A DNA stretch of 63,862 bases, counting the filler, from Octopus bimaculoides (Eukaryota), in the NCBI RefSeq assembly GCF_001194135.2. It is 5 parts of 5 records of this genome, joined end to end, with 100 filler letters (N's around TTAATTAATTAA, not from the genome) between each part and the next. Parts side by side here need not be neighbours in the genome. Positions count along the whole stretch, not along the records: positions 34,251 to 56,819 come from NC_068985.1; 4 more parts are not named here. One strand, given 5' to 3'. Below the pieces are notes generated by a model. That model searched no databases. It saw only the letters and a list, made by a program, of their open reading frames with translations, and had not been told where the DNA came from. Every line of letters starts with the position of its first letter. Position 1 is the first letter of the stretch. The translations under genes and the position numbers were made by a program. Shown here one piece after another: positions 40,375 through 52,277 of the stretch.

Positions 40375-42240
40375 TCTCTCATTTTCTTTATTTGGCACTC
40401 AGGCCTTAACATAGAGGGGACAACACAAGGACAGACAGAACACCACAGTGGGGACAAAAACATAAAAAACGAATGAAAAATGAAAATGTATAATGAAATC
40501 GATGATGATGAAATGGTTGTATTGAGTCCCACTCTCAAGCAGTACCATTTAACAGTTAATTTCTGCAATTAAATGATCGTTCTTACACTTTTTTTCCATT
40601 TTGTATCGTTTTTACACTTTTTTTCCTTTTTGTATCGTTCTTTTTTTTTCTTTCTTTCAAAACTTTTAAAGCCTATTTTTTCTCTTTTTTTTATAACAAA
40701 TTTTACTTCCTTGATTTTTTTAAACGTTCATTAATGGTTTTAGATCTTCGGAATCCACGACTGGTGGTAGTTCGTCAAACTCGATTTCAATCCCCAACGG
40801 GTTTATGCTGCTTCCAAACAGTTCTCTCAATTTTTCCTTTAGTTTTTTCCGAGTATTTTTCTGGAGGCATCCTTACTCTTATTACTGATTTATTCTTTAT
40901 AATCTTTTTCTCTATTGCTGTACTTTTGGCATACATGACCATATGCCACTTGTATTTTTTACTTTTCACCTCTGCTTGCTTCGGCTCCGGACCTGAGTTG
41001 TCCGGGCGTGTAACAAAATCATAAATGCTACCTCCTTCCACATCTTGTTGTAATGCTGTTTCTGCCTTTGCGCCGTCTTCCATTATTAATTCTGTTGGTG
41101 TCTCGCACCTGTTTCTCTACTCCTCCATCTCAATCTCTTTTCGCCTTTTTTTGGCTCTCTGGAGGAGAGCTCACCCGTTCTTTTCTCTTCCTCCTTTTCA
41201 CGACTGTGAAGGATTCCTCCACTCTATCTTTCTCTGTCACTGGTATCACAACTTCTGCACTCTGTTCTTCCCTTTTCTTCTCCTCCTCTTCTTTTTCCTT
41301 CTGAGGGCACCTTACTTTCATGTGCCCTTTTTTGCCGCATAGGAAGCATGTTGGCAGTCTTCCTTCTACTACTACTCGAAGTCTGGTGTCTTCCGGGAGT
41401 ATGATTTCGTCTGTGATGCCATACAGGTCTTTTAAACTCACCTGTATGGCCATCTCGGGGCCATCTCCGCACCAGTCGACCTTTTGGTCCTCATTATCTT
41501 GAGGATTTTCACCTCATCCTCCATACTGTGCATTATGGTTGCTACCAGCCATGCTTTCTTAATTTCGGNNNNNNNNNNGGGGGGGGGGGACTCTGTCAAT
41601 TCTTACTCTGGCAACGCGTTTGCAACAGTACATCGGCAGAAGTACCCATTCTGCTGCCCTTGTCGGCACAGTGGAGTGGCTTATGGCATCTTCTTCATTG
41701 CCAAACCTTACTTCCACTGTGCCGTATTTTCTTCTACATGTATAGAATGTGGTCGACCTTTTTACGTCTTCGACGCACTTCTCTATTGCCTCTATCGGGG
41801 CTACCTCGAGAGGATGTGGACAACGTCCTATAAACTACCGTCCTCTTTGCCACATTATTTCTCAATTCTTCTGGAGGAGTCAGCTTTAGACTGGCTCCTT
41901 CCTTTTCCAGCAATCTGCTTCCTTCCTTCTATTTCTTTGGCTCAATTTTTATTTCCCGTATCTCAAGGGTGTTGGCATTTATACTTTGTGTAGTTGCCGC
42001 TGCGTAACTTTCCACTCTCCATCTCTCTTCCTTTATCCACTTCTCCCATAGATGGGGGATAAACACTTTCAAATAACTTGCAAACAAAACAGTGATGAAA
42101 ATTCAACAATATTAATAATTTAACAAATCGTGGTACACCCACACGGGGGAGACCTTCAACAAATATATGATAACAATGTGTAACAATTCAAACTCACATT
42201 AAAGAAACTACTACCAAGACCCATCTACGATTTTTCATCT
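40375..42240 (-). mobile_element. Non-LTR retroelement carrying only a frameshifted L1/Tx1-type ORF1 (RRM-like plus CCHC knuckle)
   Basis: Minus-strand frames give KYGTVEVRFGNEEDA...LLPMYCCKRVARVRIDRVPP and VVVEGRLPTCFLCGKKGHMKVRCP. ORF1 ends near 40722-40787, followed by about 350 nt of A-rich UTR and a tail ending AATAAAGAAAAT. No endonuclease or RT is visible. Confidence 0.75.
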
Positions 42241-42429
42241 CCCGCTTTCAGTCAAACATGTTGCTATTTATACAAGTTCGGGTAGTCCATTTTCACAAGG
42301 GCTGTCATGATTCCCTTCATAACATCTTCCCATTTGAGATTTGATTTCTGGAGGAAGTGCAATTTGTTTATTTAATTTTATTCTATTTTTTTCTTATCAT
42401 CACCTCTCCTTTTGTTGAGATTTTAATTT

Positions 42430-43795
42430 CTTCAGAAGTTTTAATACTTTTTTCGCTTAGGGACTATTTCTGACCATTCTGTTTGTTTACGTTTTCTATT
42501 GCTGATCCGCCTAGATTCAACCTCTTTTGGCGTTGGAACATCAAACAAGTCATAACAAACTTCCATCCGTATTTCTTCTTTCCTTGGCACGTCAAGTCTA
42601 CTACTGGTTCAAATGTCGTTTGCTATACCGTCCTCCCAACCTTATCTTCCATTCTTATATATTTTGAAATGAATTTTATCTCCTACATTAAAATACTTTG
42701 TGTTTCTTGGACTTTCTCTATAAGTTTTTTTTTTTTTGTAAGTAACAATTTATCAAAAATTGGCCCTTGTGCCGGTGGCATATAAAAAACACCCACTACA
42801 CTCTCGGAGTGGTTGGCGTTAGGAAGGGCATCCAGCTGTAGAAACTCTGCCAGATCAGATTGGAGTCTGGTGTAGCCATCTAGTTCGTCAGTCCCCAGTA
42901 AAATCGTCCAACCCATGCTAGCGTGGAAAGCGGGCGTTAAATGATGATGATTTTATCTTCCGGGCAAACATTAGCTCTGCGGGCGACATGCTTGAACAGG
43001 CGTCCGGGTTGGGTGTTACCCTGTAAATCCTTAAGAATTGATTTTGATTTTATATCTTAAATAGTTACTGGCAGCTCCCGAATGACATTACACAAAATGT
43101 TTTTTATTTCATTTTCCGCTCGCAATGCAGTAATCACGGTATCTTCAAATAGTTCTGTATGTTTTGGAATTACCCTTGATAAACAATCCACATGACCTAA
43201 CCTCTTGGATGGTGTATACTCCATCTTAAAGTCGTAATTCAACAATATCATATCTCAGCGTTGTAACCTGTTTGCAGTATGAGTAGAAATTCCTTTCTTC
43301 AACCCCAAAATTGATAATAATGGTCGATGATCAATTTGTAGCCGAAAACTTCTACCGGGCAAAAATCTGAAATTTCTTCACGGCAAAAATGATCGCGAGA
43401 GCTTCTTTCTCTATTTGACTATAGTTTTGTTTTGTTTTTCTGCAGCTATCAGAGAAAGCGAGGCATGAACCACTGCCTTCTTATTACCATCTTTATATTT
43501 GTGTAACATTATTGCTCCTATGCTGTATTCAGAAGCGTCAGAAGCTACAACAATCTTCGCTGCAAGATCGAAATCAGCCAGCGACAAATCCGATATTAAT
43601 ATTTTCTTAATATCATCGAACGCCTTTTGACAATTACTTGACCAATTCCTCTTCACATCCTTTTTTAGCAAATTATTTAGTGGAGCTCTCAATTCATGCA
43701 TATTTGGTATATGATTTTGATAATAATTCGCTAGACCTAGAGAAGTTTGTAAAGTCGTTATATTAGTCGGAGGAGGCTTATCTTTAATTGCGTCT
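42430..43795 (-). mobile_element. Gypsy/Ty3 pol fragment (RT-RNase H, deleted integrase, C-terminal tail), degenerate
   Basis: LRAPLNNLLKKDVKRNWSSNCQKAFDDIKKILISDLSLADFD...ASDASEYSIGA, NYDFKMEYTPSKRLGHVDCLSR, and YDLFDVPTP...RRISNRKRK near 42500. Stops and frameshifts are present. Confidence 0.85.
42765..42950 (+). mobile_element. RTE-clade LINE 3' UTR with (GAT)n tail inserted in the Gypsy fragment
   Basis: GGCGTTAGGAAGGGCATCCAGC...CCAACCCATGCTAGCGTGGAAAGCGGGCGTTAAATGATGATG; same sequence as the tails at 48488 and 52277. Confidence 0.8.
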
Positions 43796-44562
43796 GTAGT
43801 GAAACCACCTCTCTCACGGTTATTTATTTTACAAATGCGAGCGTAGCAGGGAACAACTCTTTCCCGCTTTGCTGTGTCATCACCTGACTAACTTTTATTT
43901 TCGCGGCATTTGCCTCCAGGACGCAAACCGACCAACCGTAGCCACTAATAAGGTCACGTGAGAGAGTGTTTTTATGATGCTCTCTGGAGCCTATCTGTAC
44001 CTATAAATAGCCTAAATTATCCGCGCCAGTTCGTCGCGGCTACAGATCCTCACAGATCTGGTCGTTGACCACACACGTAACACAACCAGCCAGTTTCCAG
44101 NNNNNNNNNNNNNNNNNNNNNNNNNNNNNNNNNNNNNNNNNNNNNNNNNNNNNNNNNNNNNNNNNNNNNNNNNNNNNNNNNNNNNNNNNNNNNNNNNNNN
44201 NTATCAAGAATCCGGCCCGGCATCGAAGCCTCAACTGCACGACAAGTGACTTAGCTCTGCCGCAACCTTAACCTCTTATATACAGACAATCTAACTACTG
44301 TGTACCTTAACAGAACTGGTATCTTATTATCCTGTGTTACAGACTCTTTCTATGCTTTGTATCTCTTGCATTCACATACATATATTTGTATACACACTCT
44401 TTTGTTTACATGACGGCCTGTCTTATATTGTGTTTTATTATGTCGCATTCACACACACACAGACATACAGTTTAATGCTACAATAAACCTTACTGTTATT
44501 CATCTTTATCGGTTGCGTTTCTATCTGTTCCTTGCTGGCAAACTTCTTAGTTCTCTATGTTA
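43796..44562 (+). mobile_element. LTR-like segment
   Basis: Starts TGTAGTG where the Gypsy frame breaks, with TATAAATA near 44002 and AATAAA near 44483. The right boundary is uncertain and the segment is gapped. Confidence 0.4.
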
Positions 44563-44781
44563 TAGTTGTGGTGTATGCGTGCGAGTAGATGTAATCGCCG
44601 TACCTCGGTTTTCCTTTCGTCGACTGCGAGTCTGTCTTGCGGTATCCAATCCTTGAAGCTTGCCCCGACCCAAACAACACCAGGAATAGCAGCTGCTTCT
44701 CCCAAACCTAGACCGTCGCTTAACACGTCTTGTCCTGACCACGACCCCGTTCGAAAAGGGCACAAAACCCTCACATCAGTT

Positions 44782-46660
44782 ATCAATGTTTTACCAGAAG
44801 AACAAAAGGGGTGCTAGAGAGGAATGTATGGTTGTAAGGAGCAACTTCTGGTAATCCGAGCCATTGTAGATGACTGAAAGAGGAGAAAAACGAACCTGAA
44901 AATGACTAGGATTGATTACCAGAAAGTATTCAACAGTGTTCCACACTCATAGATACTGGAATCTCTCCACACAAATAAAGTAGCTCCAACACTACTAAAA
45001 TATATTAAACATGTAATGACAAACTGGAAAGCCAGTATAACATTGGAAAATGAATCACAAGTCATTAAAACTTGCCTTATACCTATAAAAAGTGGAATTT
45101 TCTGGTGAGACTTGCTGTCATCCTTGCTTTTCTGCTTTTATTTGACCCTGCAAACAAACTTGTTAAATGAAACCACCATGGGTTATAGATGCTATGGACA
45201 CAAAAAACCATCTCCTGTACATGGATGACTTAAAAATGTTCACTAAAAATACCATAGAAAAGAGAAACCTTCTAAAAATTGTCCATAGTTTCAGCAAGGA
45301 CATTGGGATAAGCATGGGACTGGATAAGTGTGACACCAAGAAGAGGCAAATTCAACAGCACTGAAAACACTGTCCTTGACGTTAGACACAGAAATCAGAG
45401 AATTAGACCACAATTACCTGTACAAATATCTAGGAATAGACAAAACACAGAAATGAAAGAGAAAATTAGGAGAGAGTATTACAAAAGAGTTAGACTAATA
45501 TTAAACACTGAATTCAAAGCTAAAAATAAGATAATAGGGATAAACACATTAGCCATATCAGTCATAAATTACAGCTTCAAACTGAAAGATTAGTGAATTG
45601 AAAAACTTATAAAAACCAGAAAACTATTAACGACATACCGAACCCACCACCCCAAAGCAGATGCAGACAGAATATATCTAACCGACTTAGAAGGAGGTTG
45701 TGACCTGATACAGATAGAGAACTATTATAAAATAACAACAGTGGAAAAGTACTTAGAAGAAAAAAGTAGAAGACTATTACGTGTAATAAAGCAACATGAG
45801 AAAAATGTTGAGAACATGAGAAAAAGAAAAACACTTTTCTCTATACACTAGGAAGTAACATAATACAAAACAAACGACACTGATACACTGATCTCAGGTG
45901 ACAAATAGTAGAAAAAGACAAAAACAATATGAAAACAGAACTACAAAACATACTAAAGAAGAAATTGAGAGAAAAAATCACGCTATAGCCAATACCCTGC
46001 AAGGCTTGATCGAGAAGAAGTGAGCTTAAGTAAAAACCAGCAATGGCTTAAAAGCTCTGGACTAAAAGCTGAAATGGAAGGACTGAATAAGACCAATGCC
46101 TGATCACAAACAACTATAAAAACAAAATAATGAAAACAGGCCCTTACACCAAACACACACAGAATGTACAACCAGCACAATAAGAGAATTGACCATATCA
46201 TCTCTAGTTGTCCAGTCTTTGCCAAATCTAAATATATATACAGACACGACTGAGTAAGTAGTTATATTTACTGGACAATATGCCAAGACTACAACATAAA
46301 AACTGACACTAAATGGTATAAACATGTGTCAAACAAGGTACAAGACAATGACCAAGCCACAATCATCTGGGATATGCCTGTTCAAATCAAAAAAAAAAAA
46401 AAAAAAAAAAACGAAATAAAAGCTAATTCCCTAGATATAATAATGGAGGATTGGAAAAGAAACATCTGCTTACACATAAACATTGTAGTACCTTCTGACC
46501 AAAATATTGTCCCTAGAAAAGTGGCGAAATTGTCAAAGTAAAGACATCGAAATTGAAGTATTCAAGATGTGGAACATGATAAAAAACATAAACAAAAACA
46601 TAGAAGCTATACGTGAACTCTCAATATTACACACTATCCAAAGAATTCGAACCTGGAGTT
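44782..46660 (+). mobile_element. R4/Dong-type (RLE) non-LTR retrotransposon, 5'-truncated pseudogene: RT, CCHC, restriction-like endonuclease
   Basis: EEQKGC..GMYGCKEQLL, IDYQKVFNSVPH, NHLLYMDDLKMF, IDHIISSCPVFAK, IIWDMPVQ...INIVVPSDQNI, with many stops and frameshifts. Confidence 0.85.
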
Positions 46661-47649
46661 AGAAAAAGTAGTGAGAAATTATAAAAAATAGTGAGATACT
46701 GTCAAATTTCCTAGCAGAGCAGGTTTTATAGGAAGTGCAATTAGGATTCATACTGACTGCATGTTGTTTCATTAAAGAGTCCATATTAGCTTTTTATGTT
46801 TGTCATGTACACAATGATTTTTTTACATCTGCAGGTCCTTGGTAACACAGAATAACTTTGTTCAACAAAGGATAGGGAAATGGTGAGGGTCACCGTTTAC
46901 AGCTTCAATAAGATAAATTTCTTTCCAGCTGTTTTTGAAAATACTTTTGTACATTGCTGCACCAGGTAACTTATTTTACTTTGTAGAAGACTGTCCTTTT
47001 TTTCACTGCAATCAATTTTTTCGTCACTGCTGATTCACATACACATCTTGGTTGCCATACTGAAATGAGATTGCTTGTTTATTTTTGAAGTTGTTAGCCT
47101 TACAGTTTCTAACTTCTGTTACTATGATGGAGTAGACATGGGGACTAAGATTCCTAGCCAGTTTATGAAATCATTATTAATTAAATTAATGTTTCATAGA
47201 CCCTTTTGATGAAGAGTCTATGATGGTCTTTATTGAAATATCTATTTCAACAACATTTTAGTCTAGAATCTGTTTGTTACCTTTGAGAAGCATTTTTTAA
47301 TTATCTTAATGGAAAATTCTCCTAGAATAGAATATTAAACCTTCAGCCACCTGTCAGCTATTTGCAATGAGTGGATGTTTGACATCCCCTGCCACCATTT
47401 GACAAGGAGCAATAATATAAGTACCAGACTTAAAAAAAAACATAAGCACTTGGATCGATTTCTTTGGCTAAAACCTTTCAGGGAAATACCCCAGCATGGT
47501 TGTAGTTCAATGACTGAAGTGAGTAAAAAAAATTAAAAAATAAAATAAACAAGTCTTTAATTATAGAGACAAAATTTTAGTTAGACAGAAGGATTTAGAA
47601 AGAGATATCAAATGACAATATAAATATATAGCATTTATGAAAGAACATG

Positions 47650-47990
47650 CTGAGACTCCCTTCGATCATGACTGACCATGGGATTGCACCTAGAAAGTTA
47701 CCCTCCCAGGCACATGTCTGGGCAAGGTTGTTTATGGAAGACCAGCAGTCGCCCATGCATACTGGCCTCCCCTCTCCACACCACCAGTGTTATCCAAGGG
47801 AAAGGCAAAGGCTGATACAGCTTGGTACCTGTGACATCGCAACTCACTTCTACAGCTGAGTGAACTGGAGCAACGTGAAATAAAGTGTCTTGCTCAAGAA
47901 CACAACACACAGCCCGGTCCAGGATTCAAACTCACAACCTTACGATCATAAGCTCAACGCTCTAACCACTGAGCCATACACCTTCACTGA
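47650..47990 (-). mobile_element. tRNA-derived SINE, family B
   Basis: Reverse complement of the 3610 family across head, core and tail. Confidence 0.85.
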
Positions 47991-48487
47991 AAGAACATAT
48001 AATAAATAAAAATCAGTCTTTGAGCTTGGTTTGCATGGAAACTGTATTATACAAAGTATGTGCAATAGTGATTGTATGATTTTTCTTTATTCATTAATCC
48101 AAGTCTGTCGAAACTTTTTTCGTCCAACAGTTTCTGTATTTTTAATCTCAAATCCTAACACTTAACTAACTTCTAAAAATGTTTGAATTATTGTCCAAAG
48201 GATTAAAATCTGTTAGTAGGCATGTCCTGTACATAATGTTTATTATTCAGCTGATTAGCCTTGATCTCCCATTCATTATATATGCTAGTCCGAAATATCA
48301 TATCAGACTATGGATGACTAAATTACAACATATATGTAGCCCATTGTATTATAGTGCGTTGTTGCACTATAATTTTTATTCTTTACAAACAATACACAAT
48401 GCTTCAAAAGTTTTTATTCTTTGCAAACAATACACAATGCTTCAAGCGAACTACAATACTCTCACACATATATGTGTATATGTGTGT

Positions 48488-49677
48488 ATCATCATCATCA
48501 TCATCATCATCGTTTAACGTCCGCTTTCCATGCTAGCATGGGTTGGACGATTTGACTGAGGACTGGTGAAACCGGATGGCAACACCAGGCTCCAATCTAA
48601 TTTGGCAGAGTTTCTACAGCTGGATGCCCTTCCTAACGCCAACCACTCAGAGAGTGTAGTGGGTGCTTTTACGTGTTACCCGCACGAAAACGGCCACGCT
48701 CGAAATGGTGTCTTTTATGTGCCACCCGCACAAGCCAGTCCAGGGGCACTGGCAACTATCTCGCTCGAAAATCCTACGGGAGCCAGTCAGGCGGTACTGG
48801 CAACNNNNNNNNNNNNNNNNNNNNNNNNNNNNNNNNNNNNNNNNNNNNNNNNNNNNNNNNNNNNNNNNNNNNNNNNNNNNNNNNNNNNNNNNNNNNNNNN
48901 NNNNNNNNNNNNNNNNNNNNNNNNNNNNNNNNNNNNNNNNNNNNNNNNNNNNNNNNNNNNNNNNNNNNNNNNNNNNNNNNNNNNNNNNNNNNNNNNNNNN
49001 NNNNNNNNNNNNNNNNNNNNNNNNNNNNNNNNNNNNNNNNNNNNNNNNNNNNNNNNNNNNNNNNNNNNNNNNNNNNNNNNNNNNNNNNNNNNNNNNNNNN
49101 NNNNNNNNNNNNNNNNNNNNNNNNNNNNNNNNNNNNNNNNNNNNNNNNNNNNNNNNNNNNNNNNNNNNNNNNNNNNNNNNNNNNNNNNNNNNNNNNNNNN
49201 NNNNNNNNNNNNNNNNNNNNNNNNNNNNNNNNNNNNNNNNNNNNNNNNNNNNNNNNNNNNNNNNNNNNNNNNNNNNNNNNNNNNNNNNNNNNNNNNNNNN
49301 NNNNNNNNNNNNNNNNNNNNNNNNNNNNNNNNNNNNNNNNNNNNNNNNNNNNNNNNNNNNNNNNNNNNNNNNNNNNNNNNNNNNNNNNNNNNNNNNNNNN
49401 NNNCTGGCTTCATTCCTTGCGAGCTTACGTATGTCCTCAGCAGTTACAGCCCATGTTTCACTGCCATGTAGCATGGCTGTTCGTACGCATGCGTCATACA
49501 GTCTGCCTTTTACTCTGAGTGAGAGTCCCTTTGTCGCCAGCAGGGGTAAGAGCTCTCTAAACTTTGCCCAGGCTATTCTTATTCTAGCAGCTACACTTTC
49601 AGCGCACCCACCCCCACTACTAACCTGGTCGCCCAGATAGTGGAAGCTATTGACTACCTCTAGTTTTTCACCCTGGA
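48488..49677 (-). mobile_element. RTE-clade LINE, 5'-truncated, gapped
   Basis: LEVVNSFHYLGDQVSSGGGCAESVAARIRIAWAKFRELLPLL...MLHGSETWAVT; 3' UTR ends in (GAT)n at 48488-48511. Confidence 0.9.
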
Positions 49678-50039
49678 ATGTATATATATATATATATATA
49701 TATATAGATATGCAGGGCAGGGAATCATCAATTAGTAATAAAATTAATAAATTATAAAAAAGATTATAAAAAATATATATATATATATATAATGTGTGTG
49801 TGTGTGTATGTGTATAGATGTGTGTGTGTGTGTGTGAATGTTAGTGCTTGCTAAGTTGTGGTACTAACTGAAATGTCATTTGTTAAGATTTTACTTGCTG
49901 TGTTGTCATGCTCTATAGACAGGATTTGTAAGGACCTGTTTACTACACTGAAGCAAGCACTTGCACATTATTAATAACCTCATTCCTGTTTATTGTTAGA
50001 AATACGATATCTGACTAAATCACTACCACTCCATGACAA

Positions 50040-50240
50040 CCACCATTACCACCACTACCATCACCATCATCATCATTTTACATCCGCTTTCCATACTACC
50101 ATGGGTGGGTTGGTTGGTTCAACAAAATCTGGTGAATATGAGTCTTGCATTTTATTCCTATTTCTCTGTTTTGGCATGGTTTTGGCAATTGGATGCCTTA
50201 TCTAATCCCAACTGCTTTACGAAAGGCATTAGATGCAGTT
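50040..50240 (-). mobile_element. Old RTE 3' UTR/tail
   Basis: (CAT)n then TTTTACATCCGCTTTCCAT...GGATGCC..TC.AAT.CCAAC. Confidence 0.6.
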
Positions 50241-50394
50241 GTTATGACACCAGAGTAAACAAAGTTGCATTACAACCTGCAAAACTAAAGATCCTGCAGA
50301 GTGATTCCTTAAATGGGCAGAGAATAAAAGAGTGATGACTTTAGCCAATGTCATAAGAGAGGGTGGAATAGGATAAAATAAACAGTTTTAGTGT

Positions 50395-50433
<39 letters not shown>

Positions 50434-51167
50434 CAGTGGAATGAAAAACAGAGTTAATGCTATGGGGTGAGGGAGTATGGATGGTATAGGGGAAAGGGAA
50501 AGAAATAGGGTTAAGGGCTAATGAGGGAAAAGTTGAATGTAGTGAGAACCACTCGGTTATCAATTCTGCCTTGTTAGTTTTCTCTCTGATGATACCAATG
50601 GTTGCAGTCAGTCTGTTTGTCCATCAGTCTGCCTGTGTGTATGTGAGTAGTGTGTGTGTGTGTGTATGTGTAGGTTTATGTATATGTGTCTACCTACTTA
50701 GCTATCAATCTCTCTCTCTCTCTATCTATCTATCTCTTTATTTACCTATCTGTCAATGTATGTGCATATGGTGTGGTGGTGGTGTGTGTACGTGTACATA
50801 TGTGTGCATGTGTCTGTGTGTGTTTGTAAAATCCTACAATTATTTAGTGCCATCCTCTCTATTGTGAATTCAAATCCTATAATGCTGACTTAGTCCTTCA
50901 TGTTCTTGGGGCTGATAAAACAAGTACCAGTTATAGAATAAGGTCAATTCAATTGACTAAACTACTTCCATTACAAATCTGTAGCCGTTTGCCAGTGGGA
51001 AAAATGCATCTGGTCAGCCAGCCATCTTTTCCTCCCACTATTTCTGGAGGGGTTATGGGAGTCCTCAAGTACTCCCTCACTAGGGTCCTATCAGACACAA
51101 CCATCTTCACACTTTCTGATTTGGCCCTTCCTAATGCCAACCAATCCAAGAGTGTAATGGGTGCTTT

Positions 51168-51407
51168 AAGGCGGCAAACTGGTAGAATTGTTAGCACGCC
51201 GGGCGAAATGCTAAATGCTTAACGGTATTTCGTCTGCTGCTACGTTCTGAGTTCAAATTCTGCCGAGGTTAACTGTGCCTGTCATCCTTTCAGGGTTGAT
51301 TAAATAAGTACCAGTTATGCACTGGAGTCGATGTAATCAACTTAGTCCCTTTGTCTGTCCTTGTTTGTCCCCTCTATGTTTAGCCCCTTGTGGGCAATAA
51401 AGAATTA
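51168..51407 (+). mobile_element. SINE family C variant with a distinct 3' tail, inserted in an RTE UTR with a 12-bp TSD
   Basis: AATGGGTGCTTT at 51156-51167 and 51408-51419; tail TGTCTGTCCTTGTTTGTCCCCTCTATGTTTAGCCCCTTGTGGGCAATAAAGAA. Confidence 0.9.
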
Positions 51408-51639
51408 AATGGGTGCTTTTATGCACAACCGGCATGGGTGCCAGTTGTGAGACACCAGTATCTGCTACGACTATGATTTCATTTGGCTGGATGGGTCTTC
51501 TTCTCAAGCACAGCATATTGCGAGAGGTCTCAACCATTTGTCATTACCACTGTGATGCCCAACACTCAAAAGGTGCTTTTTACATGCCACCAAAAATTAA
51601 TTGAAACACAGATAGCACATTTCAACAGAAATATGGTAA

Positions 51640-52277
51640 CAAAAGCAGAGTGTAAATGATTTAAGAAGAAAATTTGGTATAAGAGGTGTTGCATGGTGTG
51701 TGCAAGAAAGAAGGCTGTGCTGGTTTTGTCATGTGATGCATATGGATGAGGACAGTTGTGTAAAAATGTGCTGAGCTCTAATTGTGGAGGGTACCTGTGG
51801 AAGGGGTAGACCCAGGAAAACATGGAATGAAGTGGTGAGAAAGGATCTTTTTCTGGTGCCAGGCCTCTTTGAGGAAATGACAAGGGACTGGGACATGTGG
51901 TGATTTACTGTACTTGATAAAACATGTCAAGCTAAGTAAAATCGCTGTCTTCCACACATACAGGTTTGTCCTTTCAGGTGCCGGTGCCACATAAAAAGTA
52001 CTTGTGCCGGTGCTGTGTAAGCGCACCCATGCTGGTACTGTATAAATGCACCTGTGCCAGTGCTGCATAAATGCACCCATACCAGTGGCATATAAAAAGC
52101 ACCCAGCACACTCTGTTAAGTGGTTGGCATTAGGAAGGGCATCCAGCCATACAATCCATACCACAACAGACAGTTGGAGTCTGGACAGCTCCCAGCTGGC
52201 CAGCTCCATGTCAAACCATCCAACCCATGCCAGCATAGAAAGTGGACATTAAACAAAGATGATGATGATGATGATGA
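51640..52277 (+). mobile_element. RTE-clade LINE 3' fragment
   Basis: GTCGRGRPRKTWNEVVRKD followed by 3' UTR and (GAT)n at 52258-52277. Confidence 0.85.
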
